Shown here: positions 38,430 to 54,358 of the stretch, in pieces
How the letters are laid out: every line of letters begins with the position of its first letter
Position numbering within the stretch: position 1 is the stretch's first letter
Made by a program: the position numbers and the translations under genes
The notes under the pieces: model-generated
Told to the model about the DNA's origin: nothing
The model's database searches: none
Seen by the model: the letters and a program-made list of their open reading frames with translations, nothing else
Origin: Nemertoderma westbladi
Lineage: Eukaryota; Animalia; Xenacoelomorpha
NCBI GenBank assembly: GCA_032718475.1
Contig: JAUCBJ010000042.1
Span: 7,424-71,423 of the forward strand
Length of the DNA stretch: 64,000 nucleotides
Direction of reading: 5' to 3'

Positions 38430-39605
38430 TGTAAAGGCTTTTGCGGAATTAGCTAGTTATTTTCCCCGCAAAGTACTCTGTAGTTGTTTTAACGGACATA
38501 AAAAGCCGTTTCCTTACTGTACCGGTGTTTTAGTGGACATAAAAAGCCATTTCTTTTGTATGTGTACTTTAGCGGACATAACTAGCGATTTTATGTCGCA
38601 ATAAGCCAAATACTCTAAACATCGGAACTAAGATGACGACATCTATCAGCTGTGTCCATGTGTAACTTTTTCTTTGTTCTTTGTTCGTTCTTTGTTCGGT
38701 CGACCAATCAGAGCGGTTATCACTCTGTGTTGGAGATTGTATGCAGAGGCTCACTCAATTCAGTCAGTGTGTGTATCTTTCTAAGCCCAGAACACCGGCT
38801 TAGGATTCTTCTGTACTTCTGTGGAAGTTTCAGACTTTAGCCAAACATTAGTAGGCTTTGGTCATAGAAACGTATAACTGTTATCTAATCACATATCAAA
38901 CCAAAACATATTGTCACATACAAACACCGCATTTTTACTGCTATTTACTGTCGGTTATTAATTATATCAGTTGATGGAATATTATTATATTTGGATAATA
39001 TCGATAAATAATCATGAAACCCCAATCTTCTTGATATACTGAAGGTAAGAGACAGGTTACATATAGCAATTGCAACTTACATTAAAGTGGTTTTGGAGTG
39101 AATCTAATGCTATTTCATAGGCACTACATGTGTCGGTTGTTGTTCTCTTTATATGTGACTAAAATTAGTGAAGGTCGGCAGATCGGTGTGCAGCATTGTG
39201 CGGTAGTGTGCATGATTGTGACAGATAACAAAGCATCTCCTAAAGAATGCGCTTTATACGTGAATCAATAGCCATCCCGTTGTGTCTAGTGTAAGTCATA
39301 ACTCTGTTTACATATTTAGAGCGCCACGTCCTAAAGGAACTGTTAATATTTCCCGAAAGTGAATAATATTTGTCAGAAATTATATATTAACAATCAGTCG
39401 AATAATACAGTAGGCCTACACCGCAATAAGGTCAAAGCTTCCGAATCCAGTCTCCCGGGTATATCCAGCGGGTGAATGGTCGCGCATAGACTGGCTTCGG
39501 CTAATGTAGTGTATCAAATACTCGTCATAGGCTAAAGTCGATTTATAATCTAGAAGACATCTAAATTTGGCAGGTTAAACTGCTAAAGGTCTGAAAGCGC
39601 GAACA
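38430..39605 (+). repeat. 3' LTR (1176 bp)
   Basis: Near-identical direct repeat of 26440-27614, preceded by TGGGAGCGG. Confidence 0.95.
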
Positions 39606-40256
39606 TGGGAAGATAGATAGAAAGGTGGATGGGAATGTGGGAAGATAGATAGAAAGGTGGATGGGATGTGGGAAGATAGATATAAAGGTGGATGGGATGT
39701 GGGAAGATTGATAGAAATGTGGGAAGATAGATAGAAATGTGGATGGGAATGTGGGAATATATATAGAAAGGTGGGTGGGAATGTGGGAAGATGGATAGGA
39801 ATGTGGGAAGATAGATAGAAAGGTGGATGGGAATGTGGGAAGATAGATAGAAATGTGGATGGGAATGTGGGAAGATAGATTAAACGTGGATGGGAATGTC
39901 GGAAGATGGATAGGAATGTAGGAAGATGGATAGGAATGTGGGAAGATAGATAGAAAGTTGGATTGGAATGTGGGAAGATGGATAGGAATGTGGGAAAATA
40001 GATAGAAAGGTGGGTGGGAATGTGGGAAGATGGATAGGACTGTGGGAAGATAGATAGAAAGGTGGATGGGAATGTGGGAAGATAGATAGAAAGGTGGGTG
40101 GGAATGTGGAAAGATAGATAGAAAGTTGGATGGGAATGTGGGAAGATGGTTAGGAATGTGGGAAGATAGATAGAAAGGTGGGTGGGAATGTGGGAAGATG
40201 GATAGGAATGTGGGAAGATAGATAGAAAGGTGGGTGGGAATGTGGGAAGATGGATG

Positions 40257-42794
40257 GAATGGGGCTAGCCACCGAGCCTTGCCTAACGTCGTTTGAAATA
40301 CTGAACGAATTAGAGTCAGAATTTTGCCAACGCACACAGCAGGATTGATTACTATATATCCATATTAACACTCTAAGGAAAAACGCCGAAACCCCCTTTT
40401 TCAACAGTTCAAGAAACAGCTTGCACCATTCGACCATGTCGAATGCCTTCGACAGGTCCAGTAGAAAGCCATAAACCGGAGTCGAATGCCTCGAGTAGAA
40501 CCCCACGACCTCAGATGCGGCCCAGGTGCATTGAGAAGACTAGAACCTGACTGAAAACTGAACTGCAGTTCGTCCAATAGTAAACATTCTGACTGCGAAA
40601 GAAGCAACGACGAGAGTGCAATCGCTCTATAATTATTCGAAACATTCTGATCGACCAACTTGTCCTTAATGAGTGGAATGATTACACACGTTAATATGAA
40701 CTGAGGAACGTAGCCATGTGATAAGAAAACATTAAATAAATTTACTCAGATGTACACGTAATTCCGGAGGTCCATTTATTAAACATTCAGAATCAAATCC
40801 AAATGTGACGTCACACTTTGAACTTTTAAGTCTATGAAGACCCTCAGAAATCAATTCCGGGGAAATACTTGGCAAATCATCCGTAGAGCACCCTCTCAGC
40901 TTCTCTGAAATTGTATCGTTCATTTTTTCTACATCGGGACCATAAGGTTGATTAAAAAGATTCTAATAAATATCAGAAAACTTATCAGCTATGGATTGCG
41001 GATCACAACAGCCGTCAGTAGTCGAACTTGCACCGCTAGGCACAGAACGAAGTTTCTTGATTTCCTTAAATATATCCGTGTTATTCTTAAGGCATGCCTG
41101 TATGAGTTTATCACGGCGAACCTTATCAGCAGACCTTTTTAACCGCCGGACGGCGTACTTATATTGGGAGCGAGTAACCCGCCGCATATGAAACAAATGT
41201 GGATTCTGGAACGCGTTGGGACAACATGCAGAAACCCATAAACTGTGCCAGAAGATGGCCTCTTCTTTGAAAGGTTTAACATGGTCAGTCCAGCCTGGCA
41301 GAATCGGCCGGTCGGATGAATCAGATGAACCCCCAGACCCGTTTCCTCGACCATTAACAAGGCAACTAGAACTACTATCAATCGATTCCAGAATATCCAT
41401 GGTGTATTTTTCTATATCTACTCTATGACTGCAATCGGTGCAAAAAACATTGTTACACAACGAAATGTCCGAAAAAGATTCCAAATTATTCAGTGCCCCA
41501 GTTAATTTAGCACTAAACTCACGTTGTTTTTCACATGAGGCTTGTTTAAAATTAGCTCGACATTTATTACTGCTATTACCAGTTAAATTACCAGCCGGCA
41601 TATTTAAAACACCAATATCAAACTTTATAAAAATTGGGCAGTGTGAAGATAAATTGGCACCGGAATGTACCACATCTGATTCCACAACATTGTCGAGTAA
41701 CATACTATTACCAAAAAAGTGATCTAACGTAGAATGAAACACAGACTGTTCCCTGAAACAAGTATAAGTGAAATCAATAGGGAATATATCCCACATACGG
41801 CCAAAATTTAATTCCTGTAGAAATTGGCTGACTGCATGTACATGAGACGATGTACGGGAGAAATCTGCATTAATATCACCGGCAATTAACACATTGGCAC
41901 AGTCTACTGAATTTATAATATCTTTAATATCGCAAAATAACTTGAGCAACTCATCTGAGACAAAATTGTCTCTTTTATCTACAGGGAAATACGAGTTAAT
42001 TAACACAAGTGGCTTTGCATTTGGTAAGTTCAAACTAATAACATGTAAACGAGGATTATTAACTTTAACAATATTTACATACTTAGACACTGCATTCTTA
42101 ATAATGAAACACAAACCCCCGGAGGGCCTACCGGCACGCACAGCATTATCGCAGTAAGTAGCAGGCTGAATAATACAATGATACTGAGACTGGGGAAACT
42201 CTTTCTTAATCCTATAGATATTATCGTGCAGAACAAAATGTTCTTGTAAGCATACAATATCCGACCCTAGTAAAATAACTTTAATAAACTCGAGCTTATC
42301 TGGTGATAAACCTGTACTATTGTAGGAAGATACACAGAAAATATTAGAGCTCGATTGACCGTTACTTGGAATAGTTCCGGTAGCCATCGCTTTAGTTTAC
42401 CGAACGAATGGCTCGTAGGCATAACCTAATTCCGGCTTCCGCCATAGACCCACTTCCTCACGCACACCCCAGGAGGCCAAGTAGACGGCTCAAGCGCTTT
42501 GTCGATGTCGCGTGATGACAGAGTTATACGAAAGCTGGCTAACCTTGAGTCCTGCGGTGACTTCCGTTGCAAGGCCTCCGCTCCAATGTTGATACCATGC
42601 GCCTTCAGGTTCTCAATCAACTCCAACGCTTTGGTTCCCTTTTCCAACCGAAAGACAAAAATGTCCGTTGGGGCCGCACTCAAACCCCCAGCTTGACTCC
42701 CTTTACCTGTCCCCACCACAAACGCTGGAGCTGAGCGACGTTGGGGGAGGGGGCGAGGGTCACGTTGGGTTTTACGGTAGCTGACCGTAAACCT
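40257..42794 (-). mobile_element. LINE (APE + RT; RTEX/Proto2-like, clade tentative) truncated at both ends
   Basis: ORF1 C-terminus (DIFVFRL...SFRITL...WPPGVCVRKW, ends 42426). ORF2 from 42387 has APE motifs SYNSTGL, IVCLQEH, GRPSGG, IAGDINAD, STLDH and SSHCP, then frameshifted RT (NYRAIAL, LLDLSKAFD, VRQGSVASP) that stops at the satellite. Confidence 0.9.
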
Positions 42795-45700
42795 GATGTG
42801 GGAAGATAGATAGAAAGGTGGATGGGAATGTGGGAAGATAGATATAAAGTTGGATGGGAATGTGGGAAGATGGATATAAATGTGGGAAGGTAGATAGAAA
42901 GGTGGATGGGAATGTGGGAAGATAGATAGAAAGTTGGATGGGAATGTGGGAAGATGGTTAGGAATGTGGGAAGATAGATAGAAAGGTGGGTGGGAATGTG
43001 GGAAGATGGATAGGAATGTGGGAAGATAGATAGAAAGGTGGGTGGGAATGTGGGAAGATGGATAGGAATGTGGGAAGATAGATAGAAAGGGGGATGGGAA
43101 TGTGGGAAGATAGATAGAAAGTTGGATGGGAATGTGGGAAGATAGATAGAAATGTGGGAAGATAGATAGAAAGGTGGATGGGAATGTGGGAAGATAGATA
43201 GAAAGTTGGATGGGAATGTGGGAAGATGGTTAGGAATGTGGGAAGATAGATAGAAAGGTGGGTGGGCATGTGGGAAGATGGATAGGAATGTGGGAAGATA
43301 GATAGAAAGGTGGATGGGAATGTGGGAAGATAGATAGAAAGGTGGATGGGTATGTGGGAAGATGGATATGAATGTGGGAAGATAGATAGAAAGGTGGATG
43401 GGAATGTGGGAAGATAGATAGAAAGGTGGATGGGAATGTGGGAAGATGGATATGAATGTGGGAAGATAGATATAAAGGTGGATGGGAATGTGGGAAGATG
43501 GATAGAAATGTGGGAAGATAGATAGAAAAGTGGATGGGAATGTGGGAAGATAGATAGAAAGTTGGATGGGAATGTGGGAAGATGGTTAGGAATGTGGGAA
43601 GATAGATAGAAAGGTGGGTGGGAATGTGGGAAGATGGTTAGGAATGTGGGAAGATAGATAGAAAGGTGGGTGGGAATGTGGGAAGATAGATATAAAGTTG
43701 GATGGGAGTGTGGGAAGATGGATAGAAATAAGGGAAGATAGATAGAAAGGTGGATGGGAATGTGGGAAGATAGATAGAAAGTTGGATGGGAATGTGGGAA
43801 GATGGTTAGGAATGTGGGAAGATAGATAGAAAGGTGGATGGGAATGTGGGAAGATAGATAGGAAGGTGGATGGGTATGTGGGAAGACGGATGGAAATTTG
43901 GATGGGAATGTGGGAAGATAGATAGAAAGTTGGATTGGAATGTGGGAAGATGGATAGGAATGTGGGAAGATAGATAGAAAGGTGGGTGGGAATGTGGGAA
44001 GATGGATAGGACTGTGGGAAGATAGATAGAAAGGTGGATGGGAATGTGGGAAGATAGATAGAAAGTTGGATGGGAATGTGTGAAGATGGATAGAAATGTG
44101 GGAAGATAGATAGAAAGGTGGATGGGAATGTGGGAAGATAGATAGAAAGTTGGATGGGAATGTGGGAAAATGGTTAGGAATGTGGGAAGATAGATATAAA
44201 GGTGGGTGGGAATGTGGGAAGATGGATAGGAATGTGGGAAGATAGATAGAAAGGTGGGTGGGGATGTGGGAAGATGGATAGGAATGTGGGAAGATAGATA
44301 GAAAGGTGGATGGGAATGTGGGAAGATAGATAGAAAGTTGGATGGGAATGTGGGAAGATGGATAGAAATGTGGGAAGATAGATAGAAAGGTGGATGGGAA
44401 TGTGGGAAGATAGATAGAAAGTTGGATGGGAAAGTGAATGTGGGAAGATGGTTAGGAATGTGGGAAGATAGATAGAAAGGTGGATGGGAATGTGGGAAGA
44501 TAGATAGAAAGTTGGATGGGAATGTGTGAAGATGGTTAGGAATGTGGGAAGATAGATAGAAAGGTGGGTGGGAATGTGGGAAGATGGATAGGAATGTGGG
44601 AAGATATATAGAAAGGTGGATGGGAATGTGGGAAGATAGATAGAAAGGTGGATGGGAATGTGGGAAAATGGATATGAATGTGGGAAGATAGATAGAAAGG
44701 TGGATGGGAATTTGGGAAAATTGATAGAAATGTGGGAAGATAGATAGAAATGTGGATGGGAATGTGGGAAGATAGATAGAAAGTTGGATGGGAATGTGGG
44801 AAGATGGTTAGGAATGTGGGAAGGTAGATAGAGAGGTGGGTGGGAATGTGGGAAGATGGATAGGAATGTGGGAAGATAGATATAAATGTGGGTGGGAATG
44901 TGGGAAGATAGATAGAAAGTTGGATGGGAATGTGGGAAGATGGATAGAAATGTGGGAAGATAGATAGAAAGTTGGATGGGAAAGTGAATGTGGGAAGATG
45001 GTTAGGAATGTGGGAAGATAGATAGAAAGGTGGATGAGAATGTGGGAAGATAGATAGAAAGTTGGATGGGAATGTGTGAAGATGGTTAGGAATGTGGGAA
45101 GATAGATAGAAAGGTGGGTGGGAATGTGGGAAGATGGATAGGAATGTGGGAAGATATATAGAAAGGTGGATGGGAATGTGGGAAGATGGATAGGAATGTG
45201 GGAAGATATATAGAAAGTTGGATGGGAATGTGTGAAGATGGTTAGGAATGTGGGAAGATAGATAGAAAGGTGGGTGGGAATGTGGGAAGATGGATAGGAA
45301 TGTGGGAAGATATATAGAAAGGTGGGTGGGAATGTGGGAAGATAGATTAAACGTGGATGGGAATGTGGGAAGATGGATAGGAATGTAGGAAGATGGATAG
45401 GAATGTGGGAAGATAGATAGGAATGTGGGAAGATAGATAGAAAGGTGGATGGGAATGTGGGAATGTGGGAAGATAGATTAAACGTGGATGGGAATGTGGG
45501 AAGATGGATAGGAATGTAGGAAGATGGATAGGAATGTGGATGGGAATGTGGGAAGATAGATTACACGTGGATGGGAATGTGGGAAGATGGATAGGAATGT
45601 AGGAAGATGGATAGGAATGTGGGAAGATAGATAGGAATGTGGGAAGATAGATAGAAAGTTGGATTGGAATGTGGGAAGATGGATAGGAATGTGGGAAGAT

Positions 45701-48700
45701 AGATAGAAAGGTGGATGGGAATGTGGGAAGATGGATAGAAATGTAGGAAGATGGATAGGAATGTGGGAAGATAGATTAAACGTGGATGGGAATGTGGAAA
45801 GATGGATAGGAATGTAGGAAGATGGATAGGAATGTGGATGGGAATGTGGGAAGATAGATTAAACGTGGATGGGAATGTGGGAAGATGGATAGGAATGTAG
45901 GAAGATGGATAGGAATGTGGGAAGATAGATAGGAATGTGGGAAGATAGATAGAAAGTTGGATTGGAATGTGGGAAGATGGATAGGAATGTGGGAAGATAG
46001 ATAGAAAGGTGGATGGGAATGTGGGAAGATGGATAGAAATGTAGGAAGATGGATAGGAATGTGGGAAGATAGATAGAAAGGTGGATGGGAATGTGGGAAG
46101 ATAGATAGAAAGGTGGATGGAAATGTGGGAAAATGGATATGAATGTGGGAAGATAGATAGAAAGGTGGATGGGAATTTGGGAAGATGGATAGAAATGTGG
46201 GAAGATAGATAGAAAGGTGGATGGGAATGTGGGAAGATAGATAGAAAGTTGGATGGGAATGTGGGAAGATGGTTAGGAATGTGGGAAGGTAGATAGAGAG
46301 GTGGGTGGGAATGTGGGAAGATGGATAGGAATGTGGGAAGATAGATAGAAATGTGGGAAAATGGATATGAATGTGGGAAGATAGATAGAAAGTTGGATGG
46401 GAATGTGGGAAAATGGATATGAAAGTGGGAAGATAGATAGAAAGGTGGATGGGAATGTGGGAAGATAGATAGAAAGTTGGATGGGAATGTGGGAAGATGA
46501 TTAGGAATGTGGGGAGATAGATAGAAAGGTGGGTGGGAATGTGGGAAAATGGATATGAATGTGGGAAGATAGATAGAAAGTTGGATGGGAATGTGGGAAA
46601 ATGGATATGAATGTGGGAAGATAGATAGAAAGGTGGATGGGAATGTGGGAAGATGGATAGAAATGTGGGAAGATAGATAGAAAGGTGGATGGGAATGTGG
46701 GAAGATAGATAGAAAGTTGGATGGGAATGTGAATGTGGGAAGATGGTTAGGAATGTGGGAAGATAGATAGAAAGGTGGATGGGAATGTGGTAAGATAGAT
46801 AGAAAGTTGGATGGGAATGTGGGAAGATGATTAGGAATGTGGGGAGATAGATAGAAAGGTGGGTGGGAATGTGGGAAAATGGATATGAATGTGGGAAGAT
46901 AGATAGAAAGTAGGATGGGAATGTGGGAAAATGGATATGAATGTGGGAAGATAGATAGAAAGGTGGATGGGAATGTGGGAAGATGGATAGAAATGTGGGA
47001 AGATAGATAGAAAGGTGGATGGAAATGTGGGAAGATAGATAGAAAGGTGGGTGGGAATGTGGGAAAATGGATATGAATGTGGGAAGATAGATAGAAAGTT
47101 GGATGGGAATGTGGGAAAATTGATATGAATGTGGGAAGATAGATAGAAAGGTGGATGGGAATGTGGGAAGATGGTTAGGAATGTGGGAAGGTAGATAGAG
47201 AGGTGGGTGGGAATGTGGGAAGATGGATAGGAATGTGGGAAGATAGATAGAAAGGTGGGTGGGAATGTGGGAAGATAGATAGAAAGTTGGATGAGAATGT
47301 GGGAAGATGGATAGAAATGTGGGAAGATAGATAGAAATGTGGATGGGAATGTGGGAAGATAGATAGAAAGGTGGATGGGAATGTGGGAAGATAGATAGAA
47401 AGTTGGATGGGAATGTGGGAAGATGGTTAGGAATGTGGGAAGATAGATAGAAAGGTGGATGGGAATGTGGTAAGATAGATAGAAAGTTGGATGGGAATGT
47501 GGGAAGATGATTAGGAATGTGGGAAGATAGATAGAAAGGTGGGTGGGAATGTGGGAAGATTGATAGGAATGTGGGAAGATAGATAGAAAGGTGGGTGGGA
47601 ATGTGGGAAGATAGATAGAAAGGTGAATGGGAATGTGGGAAGATAGATAGAAAGTTGGATGGGAATGTGGGAAGATGGATTGAAATGTGGGGAGATAGAT
47701 AGAAAGGTGGATGGGAATGTGGGAAGATAGATAGAAAGTTGGATGGGAATGTGGGAAGATGGTTAGGAATGTGGGAAGATAGATAGAAAGGTGGATGGGA
47801 ATGTGGGAAGATAGATAGAAAGTTGGATGGGAATGTGGGAAGATGGTTAGGAATGTGGGAAGATAGATAGAAAGGTGGGTGGGAATGTGGGAAGATGGAT
47901 AGGAATGTGGGAAGATAAATAGAAAGGTGGATGGGAATGTGGGAAGATAGATAGAAAGTTGGATGGGAATGTGGGAAGATAGATAGAAAGGTGGGTGGGA
48001 ATGTGGGAAGATGGATAGGAATGTGGGAAGATAGATAGAAAGGTGGATGGGAATGTGGGATGATAGATAGAAAGTTGGATGGGAATGTGGGAAGATGGAT
48101 ACAAATGTGGGGAGATATATAGAAAGGTGGATGGGAATGTGGGAAGATAGATAGAAAGTTGGATGGGAATGTGGGAAGATGGTTAGGAATGTGGGAAGAT
48201 AGATAGAACGGTGGATGGGAATGTGGGAAGATAGATAGAAAGTTGGATGGGAATGTGGGAAGATGGTTAGGAATGTGGGAAGATAGATAGAAAGGTGGGT
48301 GGGAATGTGGGAAGATGGATAGGAATGTGGGAAGATATATAGAAAGGTGGATGGGAATGTGGGAAGATAGATAGAAAGGTGGATGGGAATGTGGGAAAAT
48401 GGATATGAATGTGGGAAGATAGATAGAAAGGTGGATGGGAATGTGGGAACATGGATAGAAATGTGGGAAGATAGATAGAAAGGTGGATGGGAATGTGGGA
48501 ACATGGATAGAAATGTGGGAAGATAGATAGAAAGGTGGGTGGGAATGTGGGAAGATGGATAGGAATGTGGGAAGATAGATAGAAAGGTGGATGGGAATGT
48601 GGGAAGATAGATAGAAAGTTGGATGGGAATGTGGGAAGATGGATAGAAATGTGGGGAGATAGATAGAAAGGTGGATGGGAATGTGGGAAGATAGATAGAA

Positions 48701-49949
48701 AGTTGGATGGGAATGTGGGAAGATAGATAGAAAGTTGGATGGGAATGTGGGAAGATGGTTAGGAATGTGGGAAGATAGATAGAAAGGTGGGTGGGAATGT
48801 GGGAAGATGGATAGGAATGTGGGAAGATATATAGAAAGGTGGATGGGAATGTGGGAAGATAGATAGAAAGGTGGATGGGAATGTGGGACAATGGATATGA
48901 ATGTGGGAAGATAGATAGAAAGGTGGATGGGAATGTGGGAACATGGATAGAAATGTGGGAAGATAGATAGAAAGGTGGATGGGAATGTGGGAAGATATAT
49001 AGAAAGTTGGATGGGAATGTGGGAAGATGGTTAGGAATGTGGGAAGGTAGATAGAGAGGTGGGTGGGAATGTGGGAAGATGGATAGGAATGTGGGAAGAT
49101 AGATAGAAAGGTGGATGGAAATGTGGGAAGATAGATAGAAAGTTGGATGGGAATGTGGGAAGATAGATAGAAAGGTGGGTGGGAATGTGGCATTTACTTT
49201 ACTGTTCAATTATATTTATCTGAAATCATTCACGAGTTCAGTAGTCACAAGGCTAGCAAAATGCTTTTTCTAAATAATTTTTGTGTCTAATTCATTGATT
49301 TACCGATATATTTTCAAAATTATATCACAATCAATCAAAGTCACACATTATTTCTCAGAATCTCACTACCCAGCGGCGCGTGTACGCTCTCAGTCGTACC
49401 TAAATATACAGTATTTTGGATGGTACAGTAATTTTAGGAAAAAATAATAATTACTTACAGTAAATAATAATAATTACTTTTTACCAACGGGGTCCAACAT
49501 TTTTTTCAATTTGTTTTCGGGGGGGGGGTGGGGGGGGGGGGGTAGGGGCACAAAAGATGCGACTGCCGGGGGCCCGAAAATCCATAATCCGTCCCTGCAA
49601 CTCTAAAGTACAATTTGGTTATTAGGCAGTGATGAGTTATACATTCAAAGAAAGACTATTAAAACTAAATGCACTCCCAATATCTATATACCTCCAATTA
49701 TGTGACCTTCTAACAATATTAAAAATAATAAATATCACATCGACTGGACGCAGCACATTAAAATAAAGACGCACAATCGGGACAGGAATACTCGTAGTAC
49801 AAATCACCTTACATTCGATATATCGCAACCACGGAAATGCATTTCGAAGCAAAATTGTTGGTTCCGTGCGCCGCTTCTAGCTAATCAGTTACCATCGCGA
49901 ACTGAATTTTTTTACCATGTTGGACTAAAGGCCCGACTCCTAGACATAT

Positions 49950-52106
<2,157 letters not shown>

Positions 52107-52978
52107 ATATTCTGGCGACACTTCCATAAACGATATGACGTAGATATCAACTGTACATGGAGATTAAACTGCGATTGTGTCCAAATGAATTGTAATTTGT
52201 GTCTCCCGAATCTTGCTGACCTTCTCAACCCATAATCATAACGCCTTAATTAGACCTACATCTATATTTATTGCCCTATTATTGATTGTTATTTTATGTA
52301 AATCATTAATCATTTTAAGTAAATACTGTACATATATAATTTTAATGCAATCGTTTTCTTTAAAAGCCAAACCATTTCATATAAATGCGTGTGACGTCAT
52401 AATTTTATAGTATTGTACTTTGTTATTTTATGAAATTTTACTGAATTTTTAGTCTTTTAGTAAATATTGTACATTATATAATTTTAATCCAATCATTTTA
52501 CTTAGAAACTGTTTGTTATTTTTATGAATTTTACTGTATAGCTAAACCATTTTAAATGCAAGCACGTTGTCACAATTCTATAGTACTTAGTTCTGTTATT
52601 TTTATGAAATTTTATTGAATTGACCTACTGTACGTGTAATTTTACTTAATTTTATTGCATAGCCAATACACTTTACTGTATAATTTATACAATGAGATAT
52701 TGCTTGACATTTTATTTGTTTAACGTTTTAAGTAAATAGTGTACATAAATAATGTAAGCGATTCTAGACATGTGTTGTATTTTGTACAATATAAACTATT
52801 ACAATCTTATTATATAGGGCCTGTTGTATGAATGCAATACTGTAAGATATTTTATTCCAAAATTGTAACATTACTCAACGCCGTTAGTATTAACAGCGAG
52901 TTGTTATTTAGCACTTTACAACTTTAGAGGACATTACAGCATTGTATTGGCCTGTACATTTAGTATTGTATTTGGTGT

Positions 52979-53070
52979 TATTGTTTACGTGACGACGCAT
53001 GACGACGTTAAGTAATGTCCCACTAAGGGGACATTACTTAACGCCGTCATTGGATACCACGTAAACAATA
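52979..53070. repeat. Imperfect hairpin / tiny MITE
   Basis: TATTGTTTACGTG...ATGACGACGTTAAGTAATGTCCC-ACTAAG-GGGACATTACTTAACGCCGTCAT...CACGTAAACAATA. Confidence 0.8.
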
Positions 53071-53327
53071 GGTGGAAATTTGCCTGACAGCCAGATAGGC
53101 CTACTGCATTACCTACCGGTAGGCGGGGTATAGCTATTAATAACCAGTAGCTATATTATTAACATGGCTCCAAACGCCACCATAAATATAAGCTAACTTA
53201 TTTATAACATAATTTATGTCATTTTTACATTTATTTATACAGCAACTAATATAATTTGTGCAGTTTCTATCACTTATAATATATATACAATCATTTCGTA
53301 ATGTTAAAATTTTGGAATAAAACTACA

Positions 53328-53464
53328 TACATACTTGTTGCAAAGTACTTTACAGTGTTCTGATCCTCGTGGCTTTATTTTCACTCACTCACTAACGTTC
53401 GTTCGTGTAACAAAGCCACTCGGATCATCACACTGTAAAGTGCTACTTTACACACAAGTATGTA
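53328..53464. repeat. Imperfect hairpin / tiny MITE
   Basis: TACATACTTGT...CTTTACAGTG...TGATCC...GTGGCTTT mirrored by AAAGCCAC...GGATCA...CACTGTAAAG...ACAAGTATGTA. Confidence 0.75.
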
Positions 53465-53557
53465 AATATTTATTAGATAAATTTGTGCGTTGTTAACTCA
53501 CTAGGGGGGGACCCCGTCACGTTATCGTGTAAATCTATTTTAATAATAATAATAATG

Positions 53558-53961
53558 AGGATGTTACATGCGGATGTTATATGCGGATGTTACATGCGGA
53601 TGTTAGATGCGGATGTTACATGCGGATGTTATATGCGGATGTTACACGTGGTTGTTACATGCGGATGTTATATGCGGCTGTTACATGCGGATGTTACATG
53701 CAGATGTTATATGCGGATGGTACATGCGGATTTTAGATGCGGTTGTTACATGCGGATGTTATATGCGGTTGTTACATGCAGATGTTACATGCGGATGCTA
53801 GATGCGGATGTTACATGCAGATGTTATATGCGGATGGTACATGTGGATGTTACATGCGGATGTTAGATGTGGATGTTATATGCGGATGTTAGATGCGGAT
53901 GTTACATGCGGATGTTACATGCGGACGTTAGATGTGGATGTTACATGCGGATGTTACATGC
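53558..53961. repeat. Minisatellite, 13-bp unit GGATGTTACATGC, ~31 copies
   Basis: Seen directly. Confidence 0.92.
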
Positions 53962-54289
53962 ACTATCTAAGCATCCTGTCTGCGCATGTCCAACAATAAC
54001 CGCACTAATATAAAAAAATTTCATTAATAATTACTTTTTTTACTTTAAACTTTTTTATCTTTAAAATTATCAAAATATAAAATAATTAAAATTATTTCTT
54101 ACTAGATAACAACTTGGCAGAAGTAAATGCATTAGGTCCTGGTGTATTAAGGATAAGCACTGGTAGCAATAAATTTGTTTGTTAAATTATTGGGAATGAA
54201 TATTAAAATAAAATAAGAATAGTAATAAGCTGGTGGAATCTTTATATAGAAGGGAGGCCGGACAAAAGTATGAATGTTTTAAGAGACAG

Positions 54290-54358
54290 ACGCATCCGCA
54301 TCCGCATCCGCATCCGCATCCGCATCCGCATCCACATCCGCATCCGCATCCGCATCCG
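54290..54358. repeat. (CGCATC)n hexamer repeat
   Basis: About 11 units; complementary to the GATGCG core of the upstream 13-mer array. Confidence 0.9.

Larger units (their letters stand above)
26440..39605 (+). mobile_element. BEL/Pao LTR retrotransposon, non-autonomous and chimeric, 13.2 kb
   Basis: Direct LTRs with TG...CA ends; 5-bp TSD TGGGA at 26435-26439 and 39606-39610; PPT-like GGGAGCGG before the 3' LTR; BEL-type Gag, protease and RNase H tail. Confidence 0.95.
21068..49190. repeat. Purine-rich satellite array (32-bp GGGAATGTGGGAAGATAGATAGAAAGGTGGAT and 20-bp GGATAGGAATGTGGGAAGAT units), interrupted by retroelements
   Basis: Blocks at ~21068-21222, 22378-23847, 25326-26439, 39606-40256 and 42795-49190, all in the same orientation; the + strand is almost free of C. 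Confidence 0.97.

Noticed and set aside
26440-39605. DIRS/tyrosine-recombinase element suggested by the internal inverted LTR
   Set aside because: Direct TG...CA LTRs, a 5-bp TSD, an aspartic protease and BEL-type Gag, with no recombinase.
21068-49190. Telomeric repeat array
   Set aside because: No TTAGGG or TTAGG tandem runs; complex units; flanked by genes on both sides.
22351-49209. Long minus-strand ORFs rich in S/H/I/P/F/L (e.g. 792 aa at 46831-49209)
   Set aside because: These are translations of the satellite; the pyrimidine-rich strand rarely forms stop codons.
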